A DNA stretch of 64,000 nt, taken from contig CBDCOH010000002.1 of NCBI GenBank assembly GCA_965219685.1, positions 2,432,001 to 2,496,000 on the forward strand, read 5' to 3'. Positions 17,782 through 27,277 of this stretch are shown here, piece by piece. Below the pieces are notes generated by a model, which saw only the letters and a program-made list of their open reading frames with translations, did not search any database and had not been told where the DNA came from. How positions within the stretch are numbered: the first letter of the stretch is position 1; each line of letters begins with the position of its first letter. Made by a program: the position numbers and the translations under genes. Origin of the DNA: Candidatus Spongiisociaceae bacterium (GTDB taxonomy: Bacteria > Actinomycetota > Acidimicrobiia > Spongiisociales > Spongiisociaceae).

Positions 17782-18837
17782 ATGAGCCCGCCGCCGGTCC
17801 GGATTCCGGCTGAACAGCTCCACGGCCTGGGCCTGGCACTCCTCGAGGCCATCGGTATGCCGCCCGCCGATGCCGCCATCGCGGCCGGGGCGATGGTATG
17901 GAACGAGTTGCGGGGGGCGGCCGGGCACGGCCTGGGGCGGATCCTCCAGATTCAGGAAAGGTCGGGAGCGGGCGGTCTGAATCTCGAAGTGGATTGGACG
18001 CCCATTCGCGAGTCACCTGCCACGGCGCTGATCGACGCGCAGAACGGATGGGGGGTGGTCGCGGGCACGAGGGCCATGCGGATCGCAATCGACAAGGCTC
18101 GGCTGAACGGGGTCGGGACCGTGGTGGTGCGCAACAGCGACGTCACATCCGCCATGGGCTACTACCCCTACGTGGCGACGGAGGCCGAGATGGTCGGGCT
18201 CGCCGTCACCAACTCGGTGCCGCTGATGCCGCCCTGGGGTGGTAGCGAAGTCCTGCTGGGAAACCAGGCCTTCGCGATCGGGGTCCCGGCAAGGATCCAC
18301 CCGCCTCTGATCTTCGACTCGTCGACTAGCGCCTACAACATGGGAAAGATGCGCCAAGCGGCTGTCTCGGGCGAGAGGCTGCCTCCCGGCGTAGCCCTCG
18401 ACGAAACCGGAGAGGAGACGGACGATGCAGAAGCCGCGCTCGCCGCGTTGCGCCTCCTGCCGATGGGCGGTCACCGCGGGGGAGGTCTGGCGATCATGTG
18501 GGAGGTCTTCACCGGCATCCTCGCCGGTGGGAGGTCCACAACCGAGGTCGTGGGCATGCAGCACCTGGACAGGACCCAGGGTCTGAGCCTCTACGTGCAG
18601 GCTCTCGATCCGCGCAGCTTCCTGCCATACGAGGAGTTCCTGTCCAGAGTTGACCGGTTGATCGGCCAGATCCACTCCAACCCGCCCCGAGAGGGCTTCG
18701 GCCAGGTGCGGGTACCGGGCGAGCGCAAGGCCGGGTTCGAAGCCGAGTACCGGACGCGGGGCGTGCCGTTCCCCACCGAGAACCTCGAACGCCTCCGGGC
18801 ACTGTGCCTGGATCGCGGGGTGGTATGGCCGTGGTGA
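17782..18837 (+). CDS. Ldh_2 family oxidoreductase 2
   Basis: ELRGAAGHG, AMRIAIDKA, PPWGG, GGHRGGGL, VRVPGE; ATG 17782 follows GGAGG. Confidence 0.85.
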   Translation: MSPPPVRIPAEQLHGLGLALLEAIGMPPADAAIAAGAMVWNELRGAAGHGLGRILQIQERSGAGGLNLEVDWTPIRESPATALIDAQNGWGVVAGTRAMRIAIDKARLNGVGTVVVRNSDVTSAMGYYPYVATEAEMVGLAVTNSVPLMPPWGGSEVLLGNQAFAIGVPARIHPPLIFDSSTSAYNMGKMRQAAVSGERLPPGVALDETGEETDDAEAALAALRLLPMGGHRGGGLAIMWEVFTGILAGGRSTTEVVGMQHLDRTQGLSLYVQALDPRSFLPYEEFLSRVDRLIGQIHSNPPREGFGQVRVPGERKAGFEAEYRTRGVPFPTENLERLRALCLDRGVVWPW

Positions 18838-19925
18838 GGTCGCAGCCGGGCAACCGGCCACCGGACGACCAGACTCTTCCGACCGTCGACGCCGGCGACC
18901 TGCGGCGGTTCGCGGCCGCGGTCCTGCAGGCCCAGGGAGTGGCGCCTGCGGACGCGGCCCTCGCTGCCGATGCCATGGTCTGGGCCGACCTCAGGGGAAG
19001 GTACGCTCACGGAACGAGCAGCAAGCTTCCCCAATGTGTATCCCGGATCCGGGCCGGTGGGACATCCACATCTGGCGAGTTGCCCTTCGTCTCGGAGACT
19101 GCTGCGACCTTCGTGCTCGACGGGCGCCACTCTTGGGGTCAGATCGCAGCTTCGAAGGCGATGATGGCGGCCGTGGAGAAGGCTCGGTCCGTTGGCGTGT
19201 CCGTCGGCGTCGTGCGCGACTGCAGTTCCGCAGCCGCGATGGGTTACTACCCCCTGCTGGCAGTGGCCGAGGGCATGATCGGCCTCGCCGTCACCAACGG
19301 ACCTCCCCTCATCGCTCCTTCCGGGGGTTCCACCAGACTGTTGGGAAACCAGGCCCACGCGATAGGCTGCCCGGCCAACCGCCACCATCCGATCGTGTTC
19401 GACGCGGCGACCACCGCCATGTCCACCTCCGAGATGGATCTCGTCCACGAGCGCGGCGAGCTACTCCCGGAAGGAGTCCTGTACACCGCCGACGGAACAC
19501 CGACCAGAGATCCCTCGCTCTGGGTTGACGGCCTCCTGGCCCCGGCGGGAGGTCACCGTGGCTACGGGTTGTCGCTGATGTTCGAGATTCTCACGGGTGT
19601 GCTGGCGGGAGGCGCGAGGCTCGCTCCTGATGTAGGGCATCCGTTCGACAGCCGGGAACCCCAGGGCGTATCCCTGTTCGTGGTGGCGATCGACCCCGAG
19701 CACTCGATCGGATACGGAGAGTTGACGCGGCGGGTCGACTCGCTGATCGACCGGCTGCACGCCTCTGGGACCGCCCCCGGCATCGAGAGGATCTACGTAC
19801 CCGGTGAACGGAGCTTCATCCTGGCCGAGAGGCGGGAACGGGACGGAATTCCGATGCCGGTGGAGCGGCTGGAGGCCCTCCGCCGGATCGGTTCGGAGTC
19901 GGGCCTGACGCTTGCTAGTTGGTAG
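18825..19925 (+). CDS. Ldh_2 family oxidoreductase 3
   Basis: ADLRGRYAHG, AVEKA, FDAATT, GGHRGYGL, IYVPGE; start at 18825 or 18834. Confidence 0.85.
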   Translation: MAVVRSQPGNRPPDDQTLPTVDAGDLRRFAAAVLQAQGVAPADAALAADAMVWADLRGRYAHGTSSKLPQCVSRIRAGGTSTSGELPFVSETAATFVLDGRHSWGQIAASKAMMAAVEKARSVGVSVGVVRDCSSAAAMGYYPLLAVAEGMIGLAVTNGPPLIAPSGGSTRLLGNQAHAIGCPANRHHPIVFDAATTAMSTSEMDLVHERGELLPEGVLYTADGTPTRDPSLWVDGLLAPAGGHRGYGLSLMFEILTGVLAGGARLAPDVGHPFDSREPQGVSLFVVAIDPEHSIGYGELTRRVDSLIDRLHASGTAPGIERIYVPGERSFILAERRERDGIPMPVERLEALRRIGSESGLTLASW

Positions 19926-19959
19926 TTTGTAGTAGTGCCCACTGACCACTGACCGCAAC
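19916..19959. repeat. Inward-facing short heptamer arrays: TAGT-led x3 and CCACTGA x2
   Basis: TAGTTGG TAGTTTG TAGTAGT (includes the stop codon), then CCACTGA CCACTGA CCGCAAC; lies between convergent genes. Confidence 0.65.
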
Positions 19960-19964
19960 CCCTC

Positions 19965-20663
19965 CTAGCTGGTTGCGTCTTCCTCCTGGTTGACCGACCG
20001 GATCAGGTCTACAACGGCGCGCATGCCCAGGACAGCCACCACATTCGTGTCCACCGCGGGGTCGCGGTCATCCTCCGGTGAAAGGATTCCCACCGCCCCC
20101 TTGGTCTTGATCGGTTGGCGGCCAAGGACCACACCGGCCAGCGTCGGCACATCGCCCGCGGTGGCAGACAGCACGGGCCCTCCCACCATTCCGGGGTTGA
20201 ACGAACCATCGATGTAGAACGTCGGGTCGTCCTCTCCCGATACCGCGGCCACCGAACCCCCGAGAACGAAGGGAACGTTGCCAGCTCCGCCGAGACCCCG
20301 GATCCCCCGCAGGTACCCGAGCGAGAAGACCGGCTGGGAAGCCGCCGGCAACCAGTCCAGAGGGGGGATGTCGAGAGAGGGGATGAAGTTTGCGGATGTG
20401 ACCCCGCAGACAACGGCCCGGCCCGCTCCGACAACTCCGAGGCGGGCGACGTCGAGAATACGGTTCGCCTGTTCGAAGGTCACCAGTAGCCGCTGGGTAC
20501 TCTTCCCCACTACCTCGGCCGCGGTCAACAGGAACGGGGTTTCTCCCACTTCGACGACGAAGCCGCTGGCCTGCGCGCTCGGGCTTGTTGTCCTCACCAC
20601 CCGAGCGAGGAACTCCCCCGGAACGGTAGGACCGAAGCGGTCCTGCGCTCGACCGGGTGTCAA
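19965..20663 (-). CDS. Trypsin-like peptidase-fold protein, catalytic His and Ser apparently substituted
   Basis: ASGFVV, LLTAAEVV (cf. LTAAHVV), DVARL, LGY, IDGSFNPGMVGGPVL (cf. NPGNSGGP). Confidence 0.65.
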   Translation of the reverse strand: MTPGRAQDRFGPTVPGEFLARVVRTTSPSAQASGFVVEVGETPFLLTAAEVVGKSTQRLLVTFEQANRILDVARLGVVGAGRAVVCGVTSANFIPSLDIPPLDWLPAASQPVFSLGYLRGIRGLGGAGNVPFVLGGSVAAVSGEDDPTFYIDGSFNPGMVGGPVLSATAGDVPTLAGVVLGRQPIKTKGAVGILSPEDDRDPAVDTNVVAVLGMRAVVDLIRSVNQEEDATS

Positions 20664-20699
20664 CGTGGCCTCTTCGCGGTCAGGAGCCGGCGGGGAGGC

Positions 20700-21362
20700 T
20701 CAAACCTTGCGGGCGAACAGAACCCCGTCTCCGATCGGGAGCAGCGACACGTCGACCCGGGGATCCCGCGCGGCCCTCCCGTTGAGTGCACGCAAAGTGG
20801 CGGTGATGTCATCGGTGCGCTCCTGATTCGCTACATGGCCTCCCCAGAGAGCATTGTCAACGAGCAGCAGGCCCCCGCTCCTCAGGAGTTGCAGGCAGCG
20901 GTCGTAGTAACGGGGGTAATTCAGCTTGTCGGCGTCGATGAAGGCGAAGTCGAAGGTCCCGGTCTGGCCCTGCCCGATCATCCTGTCGAGGGTTTCCATC
21001 GCCGGACCTATCCGTAGATCGATCTTGGCGGCCACGCCCGCCCGTTCCCAGTAGCGGCGGGCGATGTCGGTGTACTCGACGCTGATGTCACAAGCCACCA
21101 GCAAGCCGTCCTCGGGGAGCGCCCGGGCCACGCACAGGCTGCTGTATCCGGTGAACACACCGACCTCGATGGCGCGGGATGCGCCGGCCAACCTCACGAG
21201 CATGCCCATGAACTGGCCCTGATCGGATGAGATCTGCATCCTTCCCTCCGACATGCGGGCCGTCTCCTCCCGCAGGTCGGAGAGCACCGGATCATCCCGG
21301 AGAGTGGTGGACAGGATGTACTCGTAGAGATCGGGGTCGATGAACGCGTTGTCTCTGCTCAT
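20700..21362 (-). CDS. Class I SAM-dependent O-methyltransferase (caffeoyl-CoA OMT-like)
   Basis: IEVGVFTGYS, FDFAFIDADK, DNALWGG, LPIGDG; start at ATG 21362. Confidence 0.92.
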   Translation of the reverse strand: MSRDNAFIDPDLYEYILSTTLRDDPVLSDLREETARMSEGRMQISSDQGQFMGMLVRLAGASRAIEVGVFTGYSSLCVARALPEDGLLVACDISVEYTDIARRYWERAGVAAKIDLRIGPAMETLDRMIGQGQTGTFDFAFIDADKLNYPRYYDRCLQLLRSGGLLLVDNALWGGHVANQERTDDITATLRALNGRAARDPRVDVSLLPIGDGVLFARKV

Positions 21363-21482
21363 GGCTGAATAACCACCTCCCCCACGGATGATCGCGCGGC
21401 GCGGATCGCTGTCGTTACCCGCTCTCCCCGCCCGCACCGCCGTTGCGTCCGGTCGTAGACGAGTATACGTCCCCGGTTGCTG

Positions 21483-22559
21483 TCAGGTCTCCGCGTCCAG
21501 ACTGGTGAACAGCCAGGCGAGGACAAGCCTGGGTCGTTGGTTCCGGCGTAGCTGGACGGCTGCGTCCAGAACGAGTTCCGCACACCGGACAGCCCGCCCG
21601 GGGGCGGTGCGGGTCAATTCGGTCGGTCTGAGGTCCGGATTGCGGAGCGGCCCACCGTACTGGGCCGAGGCAGAGTCGAGATACCACGACGCCAGCATCT
21701 CGAGACCCGTCACCACCAGAGCGTTCCCGGTTCGCTTGAGGGCTCGATCATGGCGGTCCACCAAGGCTTTCGGGACCGGATAGCCGCGCGCCTTGATCTC
21801 GTCGATCTCCTTCTGCCTCCGCTCCTTGACCGCATCAAGCAGGGGACGGTGCGCCGCCAGCATCTCATCAGCGAGGCGGAACCCGTCGCCGGGCCTGGAG
21901 GAGACCTTGGTAGGAACTCCCAGCCAGCGTCGCCGGAAGTCCCCTACCCCGCGATCGGCCACGAGATCGAGCGCCAGGCCCGGGCTGCCGGCGGCGATCC
22001 GGGCGGTCATCGCAGCGCGCTCGACTTCCACACCCATGGCTACCAGCGCGGTCGAGACTTCGGTCTCGGGAACGCGCCCGAACCGTATCACCCGGCACCT
22101 GCTCACCACCGTGGCGGGAAGATCGTCCTCGGACTCGGCCACGAGGACGAACACTGTACGCGCCGGGGGCTCCTCGAGGGTCTTGAGCAGGGCATTGGCC
22201 GCTGCCTCGGTCATCAGCGAGGCGTCGTCGAAGATAGTCACCTTGCGGTCGCTCTCGACCGGCCGAAGGCTGGCGCCGGAGATGGCCCGGCGAGCCTGGT
22301 CGACACCGAGCATCGCCCTGCCCTCCGGCCCGACGACGGATACGTCCGGGTGAACGTGACGCATCACCCTGGACCGGCCGCCTTCCGAGATGGCGACAAG
22401 CGCGGCCGCGAAGATCAGGGCCACCGTGGCTTTGCCCACGTTGGACGGGCCCACGAACAGGTAGCTGTGGGAGGGCTCTCGGACCTCTCGTTCCAGGGAC
22501 GCCAGGACGGACCCGTGGCCGATGATCCCATCCGCGGACATCCCGGTCATCCCGCTCAT
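21483..22559 (-). CDS. holB: DNA polymerase III subunit delta'
   Basis: HSYLFVGPSNVGK, HPDV, AANALLKTLEEP, TVVSRC; ATGA-coupled to tmk. Confidence 0.88.
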   Translation of the reverse strand: MSGMTGMSADGIIGHGSVLASLEREVREPSHSYLFVGPSNVGKATVALIFAAALVAISEGGRSRVMRHVHPDVSVVGPEGRAMLGVDQARRAISGASLRPVESDRKVTIFDDASLMTEAAANALLKTLEEPPARTVFVLVAESEDDLPATVVSRCRVIRFGRVPETEVSTALVAMGVEVERAAMTARIAAGSPGLALDLVADRGVGDFRRRWLGVPTKVSSRPGDGFRLADEMLAAHRPLLDAVKERRQKEIDEIKARGYPVPKALVDRHDRALKRTGNALVVTGLEMLASWYLDSASAQYGGPLRNPDLRPTELTRTAPGRAVRCAELVLDAAVQLRRNQRPRLVLAWLFTSLDAET

Positions 22560-23149
22560 CGCTGGACGGCCGCCCATGCTTGATCCACAACCAGTCCCAG
22601 CGGTTGTTCCGCGTCGATGACCACGAACCGGTCAGGTTCTTGGGAGGCCAGACGCTCGAAGGCCTCCGCCACCGATGCGAGAAGTGCGCTCCCCTCCGAT
22701 CCGATGCGATCCGCCTTCTCCTGGCGGGCCAACCCTGCCTCCGGCGCAACTACCAGAAGCATCACCAGGTCGGGCCACGTACCCGATAGACCAGGCTCGT
22801 TTATCTGACGGACCCGGCCAACCCCCAAGCCCCGTCCGGCGCCCTGATAGGCGAGCGAGGAGTAGACGGAGCGGTCGCTCAATACCCAGGCGGATCTTGC
22901 CAGCGCCGGACGCACCACCTCCTCGACCAACTGCGCCCGGTCCGCGGCGAACATGAGAGCTTCAGCCCAGGCGGACATGGGCGGCCCCTCCAGCAGGAGA
23001 GCACGGAGGGACCCGCCGACGGCCGTGCCTCCCGGTTCCCGCACGCACACCACCTCATGTCCGGCGGCCTCGAGCCGTTCCGCCAGTGCAACCAGCACAC
23101 TCGTCTTGCCGGCGCCGTCGATACCTTCCAAGGCTACGTAGCGACTCAT
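22556..23149 (-). CDS. tmk: Thymidylate kinase
   Basis: LEGIDGAGKT, REPGGT, DRSVYSSLAYQG. Confidence 0.95.
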   Translation of the reverse strand: MSRYVALEGIDGAGKTSVLVALAERLEAAGHEVVCVREPGGTAVGGSLRALLLEGPPMSAWAEALMFAADRAQLVEEVVRPALARSAWVLSDRSVYSSLAYQGAGRGLGVGRVRQINEPGLSGTWPDLVMLLVVAPEAGLARQEKADRIGSEGSALLASVAEAFERLASQEPDRFVVIDAEQPLGLVVDQAWAAVQR

Positions 23150-23172
23150 CCCTTTGACCGTACCGGCGGCCG

Positions 23173-24567
23173 TCAGCCGTCACTGTCGCGTTTCGCGACC
23201 CGGCGCTTCTCGTTGATCCAGCCCACCGCACGCGAAGCGTCCCTGATCGAGCGCCGGACCTGCGGCGGTATCTCGTGGTGGATCAGAGCCGAGCGGATAG
23301 CCACCACCGAGAGCAGGCCCGTTCCCAGGATCAGGACCCCGGCCAGGGCGAACAGGTTCCTTATACCGTTGTCAAGGGGCGGGGGGAACAGGCCGTCGAG
23401 CGTGGAGGCGGCCAGCACCGCCAGCGTGAAGGAAACCAGCATGGCCGTTCTCACCAGCGCGAAGAGCGCCGCGAAGGTGCGACCCCGCAACGTGTCGTCG
23501 ACGGCGCCGTGCAGATGCGTGAATCCCATCACGTAGGCGAAGCCGGTGCCGACGCCGGCTACCAGCACCCAACCAGCCGCTCCGGTCACCGTCCCCGCGA
23601 AGGCTGCAAGGCCGATCGACAGACCGGCCACACCGAGGCTCAGGGCGTAGGTCAGGTCGTAGCGGGTGCGCTCGGTGCTGAAGGCCGCCACTCCCAGCAT
23701 TCCGAGTCCCACCCCGACTCCCAGAGCGGTGACCAGGACACCGAAGCCCGTGTCGCCGCCGCCGAGCACGTCCCGGGCGAAGGACTGGCCAAGGGGCAGC
23801 AACGCGCTCCCGCCGAACAAGGCTACCGCCATCCCCAGGACCACTCTCCGGACCGGGCGGGTCCTCGTGACGAAGACGAAGCCCTCCACCAGATCACGGA
23901 AGGGCTGGCGCCAGTCTCCCTGAGCAACCGGGTCATGAGCGGCCCGGTCGGCGAGGGTGGGTTTGGGCACGGCGATGGTCGCCACGATCGCTCCGGAGAC
24001 CACGAAGGTGACCGCGTCCAGGGCGAAGGCCAGGTCGGGCCCGCGGTCGATGGGACCGAGGACACCGACAACGGAGAAGAGGGCTGCCAGTCCGGCCCAC
24101 GCAGCGGCTCCCAGAGGAGCGGTGCCGTATGCGGCCGCAGCCGAGAAGCTGTTGGCCCGCACCAGTTCGTCCCCTTTCACGAGGGTTGGAACCGCCGCCT
24201 CCCTTGCCGGCTGGCGGATCATGGTGAGGATCTCGAGGACCGAGGAGATCACCGCGATCTCCACGAGGTCGTCGGCGAACACGAGCCCGAGCACCACGAC
24301 CCCCCGACCCACGTCGGAGAGCACCATCACCCACTTGCGGTCGAGGCGGTCGGCGACCACCCCAGCCAGCGAACCGAGCAGCAACCCTGGGACGATCCTG
24401 CTCATCAGGGGGACCAGGGCCGCGCTGCTGCCGCCGATGTGGCTGGCGAGGGCCAGCGTTGCGAAGAAGGTTATCCAGTCACCCCAGGAAGACGCGGCAC
24501 TCGCCCACCACAGCCTCGAAAAGGGCCCTCTGCGTAAGAGTTCGATCTACAACCCCCGCCCGGTCAT
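23173..24567 (-). CDS. MFS transporter upstream of tmk; in-frame TAG at 24547-24549 near the N-terminus
   Basis: GVVADRLDRK motif A and about 12 TMs. The frame extends upstream of ATG 24405 through a typical TM1 (FSRLWWASAASSWGDW) to a TAG, with MTGRGL in frame beyond it. Confidence 0.75.
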
Positions 24568-24646
24568 CCGGCGACACTCTCGGAGCCTCACGGGCCCGAA
24601 CCGCCCCGGAAGAGGATGTCGGGCCTGTCCGTCAGACCCGCTCATC

Positions 24647-24677
24647 TTGACAGGCTCGCCCCCCCTAGGGTAATCAT
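24647..24677 (+). promoter_or_regulatory. Putative topA promoter (perfect TTGACA, weak -10)
   Basis: TTGACA at 24647-24652; TAATCAT 18 nt downstream, just before ATG 24683. Confidence 0.4.
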
Positions 24678-24682
24678 GCATC

Positions 24683-27277
24683 ATGCCTAGACCTCTCATC
24701 ATCGTCGAGTCGGCGACCAAGGCACGCACGATCGCCGGCTATCTGGGGCGCGGATACCGTGTGGAGTCCTCCCAGGGCCACATCCGTGATCTACCCAACA
24801 ACGCCAAACAGATCCCGGCCAAGTTCAAGGACCAACGTTGGGCCAGGGACTGGGGCGTGAACGTGGATCGTGACTTCAAGCCCCTGTACGTCGTTCCGCC
24901 TGAGAGCCGCAAGACGGTCCAGACCCTCAAGCGCCTGGTCAAGGAGGCCTCCGAGTTGTACCTCGCAACTGACGAGGACCGAGAGGGCGAGGCGATCGCG
25001 TGGCACCTCAAGAAGGTGCTCAAACCAAACGTGCCGATGCACCGGATGGTGTTCCACGAGATAACCCGCGCGGCGATCCGAACAGCGCTCGAGAATCCGA
25101 GAGAAATCAACAGCGATCTGGTCGACGCCCAGGAAGCCCGCCGCACCCTAGACCGCCTGGTCGGCTACGGCCTGTCGCCCGTGCTCTGGAGGAAGGTGAA
25201 GCGCGGCCTGTCCGCGGGACGCGTGCAGAGCGTCGCGGTCAGGCTGATCGTGGAACGGGAGCGACGACGCATCGCCTTCCGCTCGGCGGGCTTCTGGAGC
25301 ATCGAGGGACTGTTCGCCACAGAACGTGGTGAGACGTTCACCGCCTCTCTCACAGCAATCGACGGGACGCGCCCGGCCGGGAGCAGGGACTTCAATGAAC
25401 GCGGCGAACTCACGACCTCGAAGGTCGTACGGCTCGACGAGACCCGCGCACGCGATGTCTCAGCCGGGATCGAAGGCTGCCATCTCGCGGTGCGGTCCGT
25501 CGTTGCCAAGCCGTACAGCAGGAATCCCTACGCCCCGTTCCGTACCTCGACACTCCAGCAGGAAGCGTCCCGGAAGCTGCGGTTCGCCGCGTCCAGGACG
25601 ATGAACGCCGCGCAGCGGTTGTACGAGCGCGGTCACATCACCTACATGCGTACAGACAGCACCAACCTCTCGGAAACGGCGCTGAAGACGGCCCGGGCGG
25701 AGATCCTCAAGCGCTACGGATCCCGGTACCTGGCCGCCAAGCCGCGGCGCTACGCCAACAAGGTCAAGAACGCCCAGGAGGCGCACGAGGCGATCCGCCC
25801 GGCCGGCGACTCGTGGCGAACACCCCAGCAGCTGTCGAAGCTCGTCAACGACCGGGACCAGCAACGCGTCTACCGCCTGATCTGGACCCGCACCCTGGCG
25901 TCGCAGATGGCCCCCGCTCGGGGCGAGAGCACCCGGGTCCGGCTCGGTGGGACGATCCAAGGAGGGACCGATGTGGAATTCGGGGCCACCGGCAGGACGG
26001 TCACCTTCGCAGGGTTTCTCCGGGTCTACGTGGAAGGGCAGGACGACCCCGACAGGGAAGTCGACGACCGCGAGCGCCATCTCCCGGCCTTGGCCGTCGA
26101 TGATCGGGTCCTGGCCCGGGATGTCACGGCGAAAGGGCGCCAGACGCAGCCCCCGCACCGTTTCACCGAGGCCTCGCTCATCAAGCAACTGGAGGACATG
26201 GGTATCGGCCGGCCCTCGACCTACGCCTCGATAATCGCAACGGTGATCGGGCGCGGCTACGTGTTCAAGAAGGGGAACGCCCTCATCCCCTCGATCACCG
26301 GGTTCGCCACCACCCAGCTGCTCGAACGCCACTTCGAGGACCTGGTTGACTTCGGCTTCACCGCACGGATGGAGGACGACCTCGACAAGATCGCCAGGGG
26401 TGAGACGGAGAAGGTTCCCTGGCTCCGACGCTTCTTCCACGGCAACGGGGCTCCGGGCCTGTACCGCCTGGTGTCGGGCGAGCATGTCGACGGCATCGAC
26501 CCGCGCCAGATCTTCCTTGATCTGGGGAAGGACGAGCAGGGCGAGCCGGTGATGGTACGGGTCGGCAGGTACGGTCCCTACGTCGCCAGGGGTGACGATC
26601 GGGCATCGGTGCCGGAGGACATCCCGCCCGACGAGTTGTCCGTGGAGCGGGCCGTGGAGATGTTGGAAGCGCCGCAGGGGGACAAGATCCTGGGCACGGA
26701 TCCCGACTCGGGTCTCACCGTGCTGGCTCGAATCGGTCGATACGGACCGTACGTGCAACTGGGCGAGGACGCGAAGGGAGCAGGAAAGCCCAAGCGTGCC
26801 TCCCTTCTCCGCAACATGGTCATCGATGAGTTGGCGCTTGACGACGCCCTGAAGCTGCTCTCCCTTCCCCGCCAGGTCGGCGCTCATCCGGAGACGGGCG
26901 AGATGATCGTGGCGGGTAACGGACGCTACGGCCCATATCTCAAGATGGGCAAGGCCTACCGGAACCTCGACAACCCGCAACGCCTGTTCGACATCACGCT
27001 CGGGGAGGCCGTCAAGGTGATGAACGCCCCCAAGCAGACCAGACGCCGGGGAGCCGCCCCCCCACTGAAGGAACTCGGGAAGGATCCGGTATCGGGAGGC
27101 ACGGTCCTACTCAGGACCGGACGCTACGGACCCTACGTGACCGACGGCGCCGTCAACGCCTCCGTGCGCGAGGATGCCATCCCGGACCTCAGCCTCGAAC
27201 AGGCCGCCGTCCTGCTGGCACGCCGGAGAGAGAAGCTCAAGGAGCAAGGCAAGTGGCCTCCCAAGAAGAGACGTTAG
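24683..27277 (+). CDS. topA: DNA topoisomerase I (actinobacterial type)
   Basis: IIVES, LATDEDREGE, SAGRVQS, ITYMRTDS, AQEAHEAIRP, GIGRPSTY and four C-terminal GRYGPY repeats. Confidence 0.97.
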   Translation: MPRPLIIVESATKARTIAGYLGRGYRVESSQGHIRDLPNNAKQIPAKFKDQRWARDWGVNVDRDFKPLYVVPPESRKTVQTLKRLVKEASELYLATDEDREGEAIAWHLKKVLKPNVPMHRMVFHEITRAAIRTALENPREINSDLVDAQEARRTLDRLVGYGLSPVLWRKVKRGLSAGRVQSVAVRLIVERERRRIAFRSAGFWSIEGLFATERGETFTASLTAIDGTRPAGSRDFNERGELTTSKVVRLDETRARDVSAGIEGCHLAVRSVVAKPYSRNPYAPFRTSTLQQEASRKLRFAASRTMNAAQRLYERGHITYMRTDSTNLSETALKTARAEILKRYGSRYLAAKPRRYANKVKNAQEAHEAIRPAGDSWRTPQQLSKLVNDRDQQRVYRLIWTRTLASQMAPARGESTRVRLGGTIQGGTDVEFGATGRTVTFAGFLRVYVEGQDDPDREVDDRERHLPALAVDDRVLARDVTAKGRQTQPPHRFTEASLIKQLEDMGIGRPSTYASIIATVIGRGYVFKKGNALIPSITGFATTQLLERHFEDLVDFGFTARMEDDLDKIARGETEKVPWLRRFFHGNGAPGLYRLVSGEHVDGIDPRQIFLDLGKDEQGEPVMVRVGRYGPYVARGDDRASVPEDIPPDELSVERAVEMLEAPQGDKILGTDPDSGLTVLARIGRYGPYVQLGEDAKGAGKPKRASLLRNMVIDELALDDALKLLSLPRQVGAHPETGEMIVAGNGRYGPYLKMGKAYRNLDNPQRLFDITLGEAVKVMNAPKQTRRRGAAPPLKELGKDPVSGGTVLLRTGRYGPYVTDGAVNASVREDAIPDLSLEQAAVLLARRREKLKEQGKWPPKKRR

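Noticed and set aside
24547-24549. Pyrrolysine or other recoding at the MFS amber codon
   Set aside because: No pyl genes are in the window, and TAG is used as a normal stop by many genes here.
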